A DNA stretch of 64,000 nt. Source: Botryllus schlosseri (Eukaryota). The stretch lies in assembly GCA_051294905.1 (NCBI GenBank), contig CM119371.1, positions 13,580,001-13,644,000 of the forward strand. The letters run 5' to 3'. Positions 36,680 through 48,900 of the stretch are shown piece after piece. Under the pieces are notes generated by a model, which saw only the letters and a program-made list of their open reading frames with translations, was not told the origin of the DNA and did not search any database. Each line of letters begins with the position of its first letter. Position 1 is the stretch's first letter. Both the position numbers and the translations under genes were made by a program.

Positions 36680-37639
36680 TAGGGATGGTGTGAACCTCTG
36701 AAAGGTTCAGGTTTGTGTGAACGCGAACCATTTTGAAAGGTTCTGTGTGGACGCGAACGTGAACCTCATGACGTCACGTGACGTCATATTGCTAATTCCA
36801 GCCCTTTCTTTTAATGAAGTGATAGCCTATATTAATGTGCACGATACCTGGCTATGACTCGGGCCACATAATGCCACGATGCTGAAGTACATATTGGCGT
36901 TTTAAACGTCGCTAAATGTATCAACTGAGTTGATCAAATGATATAATAATCCCATAAAATAAATATCTTCCGACGCTTTGCCGACAATTTCGACGAGGAC
37001 TTGCCAGGGAATATAAGCTTACATCTTAAAAGTCTAGGCCAGACCAGACAATGCGTTCGGCGTCTGATTATTGCTACATTCATATTGAGCAGAGCTTAAA
37101 ACAGGTTTCTATACTTGCTACTGATATTACCCCGCAAGTTATACAGCTGTAGCCAACACCTCAATCACACGGATATGGTTTTAATAATACAGTAAACCTG
37201 CTATATTTGTTACATCAGAAAACGATATCAATCTCCTTTATTGGTTGGATTAGCATCATTCTCTGACTACATGTAGTGTATTTCGCTCGTGATGTTGTGT
37301 GATTGCGGGTCATTACCACAGCAGAGAGTCCCTAAATATTCACAACCGGAAAGCTGGATATTTCGAGCAAACTTTTGTAACAATTAAAGCAAGTAAAATT
37401 TTTGAGATTGTCAAGGGGCGTGCTCGTTTTGTTTTGATTTTTTATTCAGACAGCATCATGCATAGTGTTGAAATGCAATAAATTCGAACCAAAGAAGTAA
37501 TAATGACGTGAAAATTGTAATATACGAAAAAGGTTCACAGTGCAGAACCTACCAAGGTTCTGTTGTGAGCGCGAACCTCTAAATTTCCGAGGTTCACACA
37601 CAGAACGCGAACGTGAACCTCACGTTCACACCATCCCTA
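36680..37639. mobile_element. hAT-like MITE, GTGAAC family, copy 3
   Basis: Same TIRs. TSD gttcaaac at 36672-36679 and 37640-37647. Confidence 0.95.
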
Positions 37640-38135
37640 GTTCAAACCATTAAAACAAACCGGTCGGTGGTGCCGAGCGGGTGACAAAGTAGCTATGGAG
37701 TGTGGCAACGGCTCAAAGATACCGCGTCGGTAAACCGTTTCGCGGTCATTGTTTATAATCATAGTGACAAAAAACAAACGAAATTGCGTTAAGTAAATAT
37801 ATATATACATTATACGACCCCTTAATTGTGATTGTGAAGTACGAGCTGCAACCGAAATCTGACAAGGTATTGTGACAACTAAGAAGTTGATATTTTGATT
37901 CGGCCCTATTCAACGTTGGTTTACCGTTCTAGGGATAGCTTGCAGCTAGCTCTTTTGTCAATCGCGACAGGCACATTCGTATATTTTTATCTTCGAGAGG
38001 CAGTGCTGTCAGAGAAAAAGCACCTATATACGTTCCATAATATCGCAGAGGAATATTTCTCACGCGCGCGAAGAAATCTAAGGAAACATAGGTTGGGTGA
38101 AACACTTCAAAAATTCGACAACTTTACATCATAAC

Positions 38136-39161
38136 TAGGGCCATTTTTATATGACCTTAAAAAATCAAATATATGACTTTATTTTTGGGAAAATATGACT
38201 TTATATGACTTTATGCGAATATCGTGTATTTTTACATGTAACCAACGTCACTCATGGAACTGACGGGTAAAACATGAACAACAAAACAGTAATACGCATC
38301 CATTTTTATTTTAAACCACTGTTGTAGTACAGTTTCATGTAGTGTGGAATGTTGGAGTCTTTAAAGGTACGATTTGGACGTAAAAATGACTTTAGTAAGG
38401 AAAATGAGCGCTCCACAGACCCTGATGTTGGTTGACACATCAGCAGTTTTGCATACAGCGCTGGTGAAATGTCTTGTCTTTGTAGCTCCATAATTTGTTT
38501 CACATCGTTTTTGTCCAATCGTTTAATGTCATTTTTGAGCTCAAGCGGATATTTTCCGAATTCGATGGCATTTAGATCAGCATGAGCCTCTTTGATAATG
38601 TACGTACAACTTTCCACTTTCACTATCAAGTTTGAAATATTGTTATAGTGGAGGCATATTTCTGTTAACTCGTCAATTTTGGATCGTTCACTGAATCTTT
38701 GACGCTAGCTCTTTACAATAACTCCTTCAGCTTCCCATGCTTTGAATATTTCTTTCACTTGTGGAAGTCTCTGAACTTCAAATGACGTCCCACTTCAGTG
38801 CACAGAAGTAAAACAGATTGTGTAGCAACACAATGGAATGTGTGACCTCATATTGCAATGTGTGACCTCGTAGGTCTGCGACTGTAATGTTATATAGGCT
38901 AACCTAACAGTTTGCCTTCGTTCAATCAGAAATTGCCTTACTTTCTTAGTGCGTAATTGCTTCAATTGACACTTTTTATTTAAAGTATACAACAATATGA
39001 CTTTATAACTCAAATATGACCCAACCAGGAAAATATGACTTTATATGACTTTATAACTTTCTTAATATACCCATATGGATGCGGTTTTTGCGTTAAGATT
39101 GATTTCACGACTTACTGATGCATAGAAAAAAATATGACTTTAATGACTTTAAATGGCCCTA
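38136..39161 (-). mobile_element. Internally deleted hAT element retaining the transposase C-terminus
   Basis: TIR tagggccattt / aaatggcccta, ATATGACTT subterminal repeats, and degenerate TSD atcataac / atcatgat. ORF 38306..38629 has the hAT dimerisation motif PTSGSVERSFS. Confidence 0.85.
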
Positions 39162-40352
39162 ATCATGATCATAATACTGTTTCGTTATTAATGCGTCACA
39201 ATAAAGATCCTGCAACTCAATTTGACATTCCACTACGACCGATTCCACGCTAACACTCACTGGTGCAACAAAAGAACAAATTATTCTCCCCGAGTTAAAA
39301 AATCTTGAAATCCTGACCCGAGTTCAAGATGTTGTTCAGAGATGATTTTATCTGTGTATTGCTTCATATTCTTGATACCCATCATTTTTAATGATCGAAG
39401 AGATTGAAAATGGACCAGCGGGTTATAGGTTGGTGATCCTCACATTATTGCGAGCATAACAGATATACATAATTGGGCGAAGCCATGGATCGAACTCTTT
39501 TATTATTTGTTTGTAACACTGCCGTGTACGAAATCATCATCAGGCACAATAATAATAATATGGCTATAGGTAACATTCAGAATTGGTACAGGAGAAGGCT
39601 TACATCACAATTACAAGTTTCGCTTTCGATGAAGTCCGTATACTTCGAAAAATGTTCAAGTTTGTTTTATCAGTTGTGATAAAATCTTCTATCTCGACCA
39701 TACGGTTGTATCTACTCTGAATCTACTTGTAAACTGTCTTCCCGTCTTTACAATTTTGAGTGTAAATCAGAATTATTTCCGGCCTATCAAATCAGTTCCA
39801 TACACTGATTGCATGTACACGTAAAATCAGGTAATTTGTTCTAATTGAGGGTGGTAACGCGCGATTTTGACGATTTTATCAAATGAGCAATTTCCCGTGG
39901 TCACTGGTCAGTGATCACTAGAGCTTGTGCGCCGAATATGTAGGCTACTCAACTTTCGAATTTACGGTACCACTTGATCTCTACACACGGGAGTTGATTT
40001 AGTGATTCCCGGCAGTAATAACTTGGCGAACATTTAAAGATTTCGAATATCGCCTTGAATCACAATTGGCGACTTAACAATTGTCATCAGCATTCGCGGA
40101 CTTAAAAAACTTCGTGGGTCTCATGCGGCCTGTGTGCCAGCCTGCCAGGGTTAGTCTACTGAATGCAAATATTGGAGTGGTTCAGGTCAGGGCCACCATT
40201 CTGGGATTCACATCATAAAATATTTATAAAATAATATTTATAAAGGACTTCGCAGATAAGTGATTGTGATTATATGTGTTTTCGTTACGATCGTATGTAA
40301 TTGCACTCTTTTAGTTTTCTGGTGACTGATAACTACGTTCTTCCGGTTATAG

Positions 40353-40517
40353 GTGGGCAGACTAACAATCACGGATTCTCGAGCTCTTTCACCGGAAAAC
40401 CTGAATGAATTAGGTAGAATGATAAATATATTCGATGTTCGATACATTCTCCTTCTCACCGGTAGTCCCATGTTTCCTCTTTCATTGAAAGCCATCCAGG
40501 TTCCTGCTAAAATGAAG
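40353..40517 (+). CDS. NLR-like/LRR gene exon (phase 0-0)
   Basis: tatag|GTG...AAG|gtcagt, 165 nt. Encodes VGRLTITDSRALSPENLNELGRMINIFDVRYILLLTG...AKMK (degenerate RI-like LRR). Confidence 0.7.
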
Positions 40518-41067
40518 GTCAGTAAATTTGCTATAAAGGGAGTGATGTAGGTACCATATTTTTGTGGCTCAAATTTTGGACACTCTTTGGCACCTACTAG
40601 CGGGTTTTACAATGAGGTATGAACACATTGTCTGTCAATACGACGCTTTATCTATCGACTGCACAGGAGTGAAGTGGAACGTGGGTATTGAATTGGGCTT
40701 TCTCTAATATGAGCTATGGTGATTGCTAGGGTCTGCAGCAGATTTCTTCGTGAGCCGGAGGAAATCGCCAGTCGTGTGTTTGAAAGTCATGCTGTTAGGT
40801 CGGATCGGTTATCTGGTTGTATGTTATAATCAGGTCCGAATCTACATTTTCAGCCCTTTCTTCTCTCCCCCTAAAACAAAAACTGATCTTAGGTCCACCA
40901 TAAAGTAATCGATGTCACTTCTTGGGGCTTACTATATGCATATGTTTGGTAAATTTTGTGAATAAATGATGTCAATAATATTGGTTTTTCCATGTATTAT
41001 TATACAATTCACCAGCAGATTGCACATGTTCGCGACCTCATTTCCAATTTGAAAATGTTCCGTGGCC

Positions 41068-42023
41068 CAGTGTTGGGATCAAGTCACTACCTTCGAGTCA
41101 CGAGTCCTTTCGAGTCATTGTACATTTTGACTCGAGTCAACTCAAGTCAATCGATTTTCGAAGGTGACTCGAGTCAAGTCAAGTCACTCGAATTTTGGAG
41201 GTCACTCGAGTCAAGTCGAGTCAAGTCAAGTCACGAGTCAAGTCACAATTCAAGTCAAGTTGCCTTTTCGAAGTATAAGGCATGCTTACGTCATTGCATT
41301 TTGCTAGCTGTCTGAAATACAGATTATGTGGTAATTGATTCTGGACCTATGAACGAATATAGAGCTAAATATAAACGCAAGGAAGGCGCTTTATTGCTAA
41401 CATATACGTAGAAATGCTTAACTACGTAAGTAATTGCATGACCTCGGATTATAGTTACCAGCCAAAATAGAGAATAGAGAAACGAATTGATAAGATGCAA
41501 TACATTACCCATTTACAAATTGATATGATACAATCCCATCCTGCGACGATGGTTGAGGACTACATAAGCTATATTGGAGTTCAATTTCAATAAAACAATA
41601 GGTTTGGCTAAGTTAAGAACAGAGAACAGAAATCGACATTTTGCTATTAAATTACTTTACTATACTAGTTTACGACAACGTAAGATGTAAGCTTCGATCA
41701 CTTGGTTTGCGAACAATTTATTTGTGAGAGAATAATGGAGGCTCAGTAAAACGCACGATCATTGAATGATTGGTCGCTCTCATGGGTTAGCCTACACCAG
41801 CCTATCGCGTACAGTCCGAACATATGCAAGATGCAATTTTTATCGACATCGATTGCTTGATGACTCGAAATTGACTCGTGAATTTTGCTCCGAGTCACGA
41901 GTCAATCCACATTTTTGATACGCCAACTCAATTCAAGTCAAGTCATTATAACAAAGTGACTCGAGTCAAGTCAAGTCGTACGAAAAAGGTGACTCGAGTC
42001 TGACTCGAGTCATGCCAACACTG
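41068..42023. mobile_element. hAT-like MITE, CAAGT/GACTCGAGTC family, copy 1
   Basis: cagtgttggg / gccaacactg termini. TSD ccgtggcc at 41060-41067 and 42024-42031. Confidence 0.95.
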
Positions 42024-42659
42024 CCGTGGCCCCCCAGCTCAGTAATTGACAAGCAGATTATATTATAAGTGGTCAGCTTGCCCGGACTTACTCACGGCCT
42101 ATTTTGGAAGCTGACTACGTTCAACATCTTCGCGATCCCAAAAATAAAGGCAAGCTACCCCTAGGTTTAGAATAACTAGGCCTGGTGACATGTTCGACTC
42201 GACTTGAGGTTAACTCGTCTCCAGTGACGGTACGCGACGTCTCCGAGCAGACTCGCAAAAGCGCCCTGTTTACATGATCCTTGTATTGGTCAGGTTTTAC
42301 TGTGGACGACCGTGCTTCGCTATTACCTATTAATACAATATGTATTCGCAGTAAGTCTGGTGGTGGATAGTGGGCAATGAGCAAGGTCCCTCGACAATGT
42401 GTTTCGTCCAACCGGAAACGTGTCTTACCTCGGAATTGACGAGGAGATATACTGCTAATATTTGTCGGGGAAAACGATATTGTTTGGGCGATGCCTATAG
42501 CTAGGAAAACGTTTTGATTTTATAGGCAGCACATGCTGATGCGATGCGAATAAAAAAAGGTAATCAACACTTAAGTCACACGATTGTAAACCGCATGTCA
42601 CCCCTTGGTTAAAAAGGTTGTTCCCCTGTGTAAAAATACTTCCTTGTAGAGATGATGAC

Positions 42660-43174
42660 TAGGGCTGGGCAAAATCGAGTACCCGAGTGATTCGATTCTG
42701 AATCAAGTATTATGCTTCGAATCGAGTTGAGTATTCAAGTATCACTCATTATGACGTCACATCAAAATGTAATATGTCACAGTTCAAATATGTACCTTTC
42801 GTGCCACCACAAAGAATATAATGCCTGTTATCCATCACACTGAAGATACTTTGGTATTTCTTCGACCCTACTAGCGATTTTATTGCAGTTTGCGACAATG
42901 TTGTGGGTGGATCATGACTTCGGAAATATTTTTCCAGCAACGGTCGTAGCCCTGTACTATATGTTTCGTATGATGCGATACGGCCAATCAGTTTCAAGGC
43001 TTCCACAGTGGAAAATAGTATCGAAACCATAATTATCGTTGATAAAATAACTTTCGGTAACGAGAAGCGTATAATTTTAGTACTCGAAAAATACGACTTT
43101 TGCTACTCGACTCGAATCATTAAAATAATTACTCGATTCAGATTCGAGTACTCGAATCATTGTGCCCTGCCCTA
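42660..43174. mobile_element. hAT-like MITE with TACTCG/GAATC arrays
   Basis: tagggctgggca / tgccctgcccta termini. TSD atgatgac / ctgatgac (7 of 8). Confidence 0.85.
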
Positions 43175-43989
43175 CTGATGACTTTGATACAGCAAGGGCT
43201 GCAGAGACTTTATGAAAGCACCTGGTCACCAAGGCGGCAAGATACCAATCAGAAACTTAACAATACGAGTAATGTATATTATAGGCAACCTGTCATGAAA
43301 GGCCATATAGATCACTGCTACTAAACTACTCCCCACAAATTCATTACTTAAGAAGTGCCTATAAAAGCACTCACAAAACAATCACATATGCTACCATGAA
43401 TACAAACTAAAAAACAGTAGCATCAAAACTGGCAAGCTTAAAATCGTGAACACTGAGCACTCGCACGACCGCATCACATCAACAGAACATTAATCCACAA
43501 TTAAAACAAAGTAGTCATCCCTGGACTAAAACATTAACACCGCCGCGCTGCATCAACACCAGCAGAGATACAAACCTCCGTATCGTATTCATATCATCTT
43601 CTCGAGAGAGTCACAAGCTACACTCTTTCGCACACGCCCCCACGACAGTTCCGCCAGTTAAACAGTCTCTGTGAAGTGAATCAATCCATCATGTCTTCAA
43701 ATTTCCCATATCGATGCACAGCCGGTTCTTCAATCGGTTCAGGTAACCCTATTGCATGTCACAGTCAACTTCCGACCAATCTTCACACACCAGTACATCC
43801 CAAAAGTCTTCCGAACTGTAGTCTGTAGAAAAGGAACATTTTATCGTGCTCTCAATTGTCAGAGACATTGGTATGTGCCTGATGACTCACGACACAACAA
43901 CTGCTGCAGAGACGTCACTGCCGGACTAAAGAGTAGGTTAACACCATAGGGAATCGCTGGTACTGTCATTATTGTCAATATCGAGCACG

Positions 43990-44290
43990 GCTGCTACACA
44001 TGTACTGTTGTATTACCTGTATACCATAATGAGCATTTGTTCAATTTCAACGTAACCCCACTATCTCTTACCATATTTGCCCGATTTCCCCACAACATAT
44101 GAAAAACACGAATGACGATGCCATGAACCTCCGCAGCAAAACCAGTGTCGGAGGTCGAAAAGCGCCGAGTACTTAAACCGTTAGAAAACCACCTTACACA
44201 ACAGCTTGAAGCTCGAGTCGGCTTCAGGCAGTTTGCGTTTTTCTCTTCATCGAATACGAGATAGTAGGATCGACGGGTCAGCTTCAAATC
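43990..44290 (-). pseudogene. Possible highly decayed Gypsy-type RT fragment
   Basis: ORF 43994..44287 has KLTRRSYYLVFDEE (cf. KLDLxxGYxQLxLDEE), FAAEVH (cf. SAxEIFH) and GVTLKLNKC (cf. GLTLNxxKC) in the expected order, but no YxDD. Confidence 0.3.
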
Positions 44291-44595
44291 TGACTAAAAC
44301 CACCATGTAAATGCATGGGCCTACTGTCACTAAAGCATCCAGGCTTAACCAACTCTAGGAATATGCCATTATCTTGTATTTGCGATTACAATAAGATATT
44401 TTCAGTAAATGACGGTTATATTTATTCATTTCAGATTGCATGTTTTGCGACGGCTGTGGTCCCCATAATACATTAAATTACATTATATCCCGCACAGCGC
44501 GAAGGGAATTACTAGTAGCGTAAATCTGGTTAACAATAATAATTTTAATGTTGATTTACGAAAACAATTTGAGCCTACTTCAAGCCTTTAAAATT

Positions 44596-44693
44596 CCGGA
44601 CATTCGGTCATATTTTGGAATTTCCTCCCGGACACAGTTTTTACAGTGAAATGCCTGACATGTCCGGGAAATTCCGACCGTATGGCAACCCTA
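44596..44693. mobile_element. Right end of a TAGGGTTGCCATAC hAT-like element
   Basis: tccgg repeats then cgtatggcaacccta. Confidence 0.6.
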
Positions 44694-44727
44694 GCGTGAA
44701 GTAACTGAATTACATTGCTTTATTCAG

Positions 44728-44811
44728 ACCCGGGAATTCCATATCGTTACTGGAGGTGACGTGGAAAAGCTGGAATTTTTCATGTATCAGATAACTGATT
44801 CACCTGAGAAG
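44728..44811 (+). CDS. NLR-like/LRR gene exon (phase 0-0)
   Basis: ttcag|ACC...AAG|gtatta, 84 nt = 28 codons (typical RI-LRR unit length). Encodes TREFHIVTGGDVEKLEFFMYQITDSPEK. Confidence 0.6.
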
Positions 44812-45725
44812 GTATTAAATGAAAATAGTAACTTACATTTTAACTTCTCTTCAAAATTGCAGACCACAGTAGTCACAGTACATCCGCAGAATTTCATAAT
44901 TATGGTTTATATCGAATGTCACTGAGATAGATTGCGAAACAATTTACATTATGAGTCAATGGAAACATGGAATCTTTTCGTCTACCTATTGTAAATTCTC
45001 AACAGTCTATTAGGGCGAGAAAAATAGCAATTTTAAAACGAAATCGATTTGATCAAGGATGACATACCTAATTAGAAACAGAGTGTAAACGTCAAAACTA
45101 TCGCCCATGATTGGTCTTCTCAGATTGTATATCAAACATTATGTGTAGCTCAAGAGGGGTTAATGTACAACATGTGTTATAGAGATATTCAACTTTTTGG
45201 AGTCTCAGTTTGGTTCAAGCGACACTCCTTTCATTTATTATGACTGGTTGTAGCGGTATTATATTGGCAGACGAGGGCAAGCCGTAGCTGTTTTATATGT
45301 GATGCTGCTGCTAATGGAATTAAATACATCGAAAACGTAAATTAAGAAAGAATCCAATACTGAAAAGATTAGTATTGATTACGACGTGACCACCTCTAAG
45401 TTGACGGCTTCAGAATGCTATGCGAAATAGAATACTCAATGACATGAAAATACGACGGAAAATTCAACTCGGAGTCACGAGTCATTTAATATTCCTCCAA
45501 TTTGGAGTCCAAGTCCAAGCTGTGTGACGAACAAAAGTAATCCAGGTCACCCAACGCTGTTGTTGATGCAGGATTCATCGTGAAACGCATTCTGTCTTGA
45601 GGACGATGAATATTACTGCGCATCATCTATAATCTTGTTGAATTTAGACTTATGTTATTCAGTTTCATTACCGACCGCACTCGGATAAGTTTTCCTGAAT
45701 CGGACTATCAATAATGCCTTTGCAG

Positions 45726-45893
45726 ATAACATATCTTACTCTGAAGCTGTCGATCACAAGAAATCTCCCAGGCATTGCATTCGAGATCGGACAGTTCATT
45801 GCTAAATACTCTTTTAAAGTTTTAGTCTTCAAAAATATATGGCTTGACGAACTAGTCGGAAAGAAGGTGAAATTGGGATTGAACGGTTACCAG
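45726..45893 (+). CDS. NLR-like/LRR gene exon (phase 0-0)
   Basis: ttgcag|ATA...CAG|gtaagg, 168 nt = 2x28 codons. Encodes ITYLTLKLSITRNLPGIAFEIGQFIAKYSFKVLVFKNIWLDELVGKKVKLGLNGYQ. Confidence 0.7.
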
Positions 45894-46491
45894 GTAAGGT
45901 AATTTTTTATGCCAATGTCCATCGTAGACTGACTTGTATGCCAAACTATAACTGGGATAAACCACTAGGACATCGAAGTTTTCCGCCAAATGGTGACGAT
46001 CATAATATTTAGAGATTACTTTGTATATATAAAAACACCCAATTGAGCGGTATGGTCAGAAATGCGACGTAGCTGAAACAATTTCAGTTGCGGCTTCATA
46101 GTCCACTTCCCCATCGTCCGTAATGAATCCTAACTACAAACCCATGACAGTCAGTACACAGGATACACAGATCCACCATGAGATTGGACTGATAGTTGGC
46201 GTTGATTAAATGGGCATCATGTAAATATGATTTGGTGTCAAATTACATATTAAATTGAGGAAAAATGTTGGTAGCAACCATTTTCCGCGCAGTGGGTTTT
46301 GGATCGATGACGCTATAGAGATAAGCTGGAATCGAAAGTACCAGTCGTGAAAATTCTTCACCTGCAGTTTGAATAAGGTGGCTTCGTGAGGAAATGGATG
46401 CTGTTAATAATTTTTCTCACTTTTTTTTAGTTTGAGACCACGTCATATTAAGAACGCGATGCCCCTAAATGCTGTATTTCTGGCATCGAAC

Positions 46492-47074
46492 TATAGATAA
46501 CTAACCTACGGATAGATGCGCATCACGTGATTCACGGTCGAGTGATGCCACAGTCGCAGATTTGTTGTCGCTTCAGAGCATGAAACGGCAACGTAATTGC
46601 TAATCCCATAGATGACGACCCGATCGCTCAAATTTAATAAAATTGATCTTATTTGAAAGCTACAGTCGCGCTAATTCTGATAATATACATCAAAATCTGA
46701 TCAGGGCAAAGGAACCGCCTCGAAATACCCCTCAAAGTCTGAAAATCGGAATTGTTCTGAACAATCGCAACCACGCAATGACCATTGTTGTGGTCATTGT
46801 GCTGCATCGTTGCGATTGTTTAGAACAATGCCGATTTTCAGACTTTGAAGGCTATTTCGGGGTGGTTCCATTGCCTTGATGAAAATTTAATGTATATTAT
46901 CAGAATCAGCGCGACTGTAGCTTTCGAATAATATCAACGTTAATAAATTTGAGCGCTCGGGTCGTCATCTATGGGATATGTTTCACGCTATGAAGCGACA
47001 ACAAATCTGCGCATGTAGCATCACTCGGCCGTGAATCACGTGATGCGCATCTATTCGTACGTTAGTTATCTATA
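46492..47074. mobile_element. Palindromic long-TIR MITE (TATAGATAACTAACC family)
   Basis: tatagataactaacctacggatagatgcgcatcacgtgattcacgg is mirrored at the right end. Inverted similarity continues inward almost to the centre (about 46785). Confidence 0.9.
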
Positions 47075-47458
47075 GTCGAACAGTGGCACGGTGATATAAT
47101 ACTAGATATTGCTCACTCTCCTAAGCATGGGAATTGAGTATTAATTTCTAGTCGGATCACAGCTGAAGTCCAAAACAACTGGTAAAATCCTACCATGAGG
47201 TCACTATCAATATAGGAACTAATTTGTTGTTTTTCTAATTATCATGTATCGGTAATAGGGCTACCTGACTAACCTCTTCTACATTTCATTGATCATAAGT
47301 TAATAATGTAATTTTCGCTAAAACGAATACTTCGGAGTAGTTTGGTAACTCTCGATAAGTTTGAATAAAAAACTTCTTGCACTCGAACTCTATAGAAACA
47401 ATTACGACTGTCGCTACCCTTAAAGTACTGAATCTATTGCTCTTCGATTTTGTCACAG

Positions 47459-47527
47459 GTTGAATGGAAGGTCGCTGATTACATCTGCTTCGATTCAGAG
47501 TCTTCGAAGACTTCAGAGTCTTCGTAG
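47459..47527 (+). CDS. Probable terminal coding exon of the NLR-like/LRR gene
   Basis: gtcacag| acceptor. Phase-0 reading gives VEWKVADYICFDSESSKTSESS* (TAG 47525-47527). Confidence 0.5.
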   Translation, partial: VEWKVADYICFDSESSKTSESS

Positions 47528-48060
47528 TCTTCAGAGTCTTCGGACGAAAGTGACAACCATTACTGTTGTCCGATCTTTATGCAATTCATATGAACATTTG
47601 AATTCGCGAAATTATGTCGTATTGATGTCACTGTATATGGTAATTCCGCAATATATTATCGAACTACCTTCTTGATGAACTGTGATATTCGGAGAAAAAT
47701 AGAGCCCTTATTATTATTGTGGCCATTTCATGTGTAATCAGTTGGGTGCAATATTACATAACATAACATTGTTGAGTTATTATTTTTATCTGAACAAGTC
47801 ACACACAATGTACAATGCGATAAGACACAATGCGATGTCATGAACAGATAGGAGGATGTCGAACGACACGCATCAGTAGCGATCCTTTACTCTAACACCC
47901 ACCTCGGCCTAGAGTGCCCGATGTCACAGTTCTATTCGATGTTGATCTTCTTTGAAGCCAGGACCCTTTCCACTAGTTCTTTCCATTCCTTGTGAGTGCT
48001 TTCTTTCGTCGGGTCTTTTACTGGGCTTTTTTGTCGCCGTAAGAGTCATACGATCTAGAT

Positions 48061-48900
48061 CAGTGCTTATCAACCTGTGTGACGGTTCGCACTGGTGCGA
48101 ATGAAAAAAATTGCAGTGCGAATGACGAAGGTGGTGAAAATCGTCGAATAATTGTTAATTTATCTGACGTGGAATAATTCAAATAAACCTAATAGGAAAT
48201 TCAATGGAAGAGCAACTGTTGTAGTTGAGACGTAATTGTAAACACTTGTTTAACATTGAAACACCACTAATCGTAGCCTTAGTGAATAAATATTTTCGCA
48301 CTTTCACTATTACGTAATCCAAAGCCTGGTTTGGAAGCTGGTGAAGCATGCAGACATATACAGTGTATCAGCCCGTCTGAGCCTGCGACAGGCTGGAATA
48401 ATGACGTCAAATTCACTTTATGCTTTCTTTCGCTAAACTATCATCATATTTTCGTAATAACTATTCGATTAGCGCGAGGCACGAGGATAGTAGTAAATAC
48501 CGTCATCACAGACTCACATTTGCAATTTACAGTAACGCAAATTTTTACCCCTTCAAGGGTTATTAAAGTATGGACCGAATGGGTATAATTTTATGTCGAC
48601 ACTGTGCGAGAGCTATCTTTTAATATGTATGCAATATTTATTGAATTTATTGCGAAAATCCTGCGAGAGTTTTTACATATCCAAGGTCACTGTGTTGGGT
48701 ACTGTAGTAGGCAATAATCGAAACACGCAGAAAATATGGTTTGATCATGAGAATCAGCCGGCCTTCGGTTTGAATTCGTGATAATATTTGTCCGAATGTT
48801 TTTTCTTCTTCTTCTGGAAAACATGCACGAAGACCGTTGGGATGAACTATAGTGTAGGAGCAAGGAACGAATTAAGGCTTATGAGACTCATTAGACTCAA
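48061..48900. mobile_element. Left part of a GCGAAT-family hAT element (no right end located)
   Basis: cagtgcttatcaacctgtgtgacggttcgcactggtgcgaatg, colinear with 50383-50970. Confidence 0.75.

Noticed and set aside
42040..42500. Decayed RTE-like endonuclease fragment on the minus strand
   Set aside because: Only vague motif echoes (HYPP, VLIGN) without catalytic residues; cannot be supported without a profile search.
12995..44693. 31.7-kb macro-transposon bounded by inward-facing TAGGGTTGCCATAC ends capturing LRR exons
   Set aside because: The flanks (cgttatac vs gcgtgaag) form no TSD. Two independent partial copies is the simpler explanation.
47760..48055. 3' end of another LINE on the minus strand
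   Set aside because: An AT-rich tail-like end is present but there is no recognisable coding motif.
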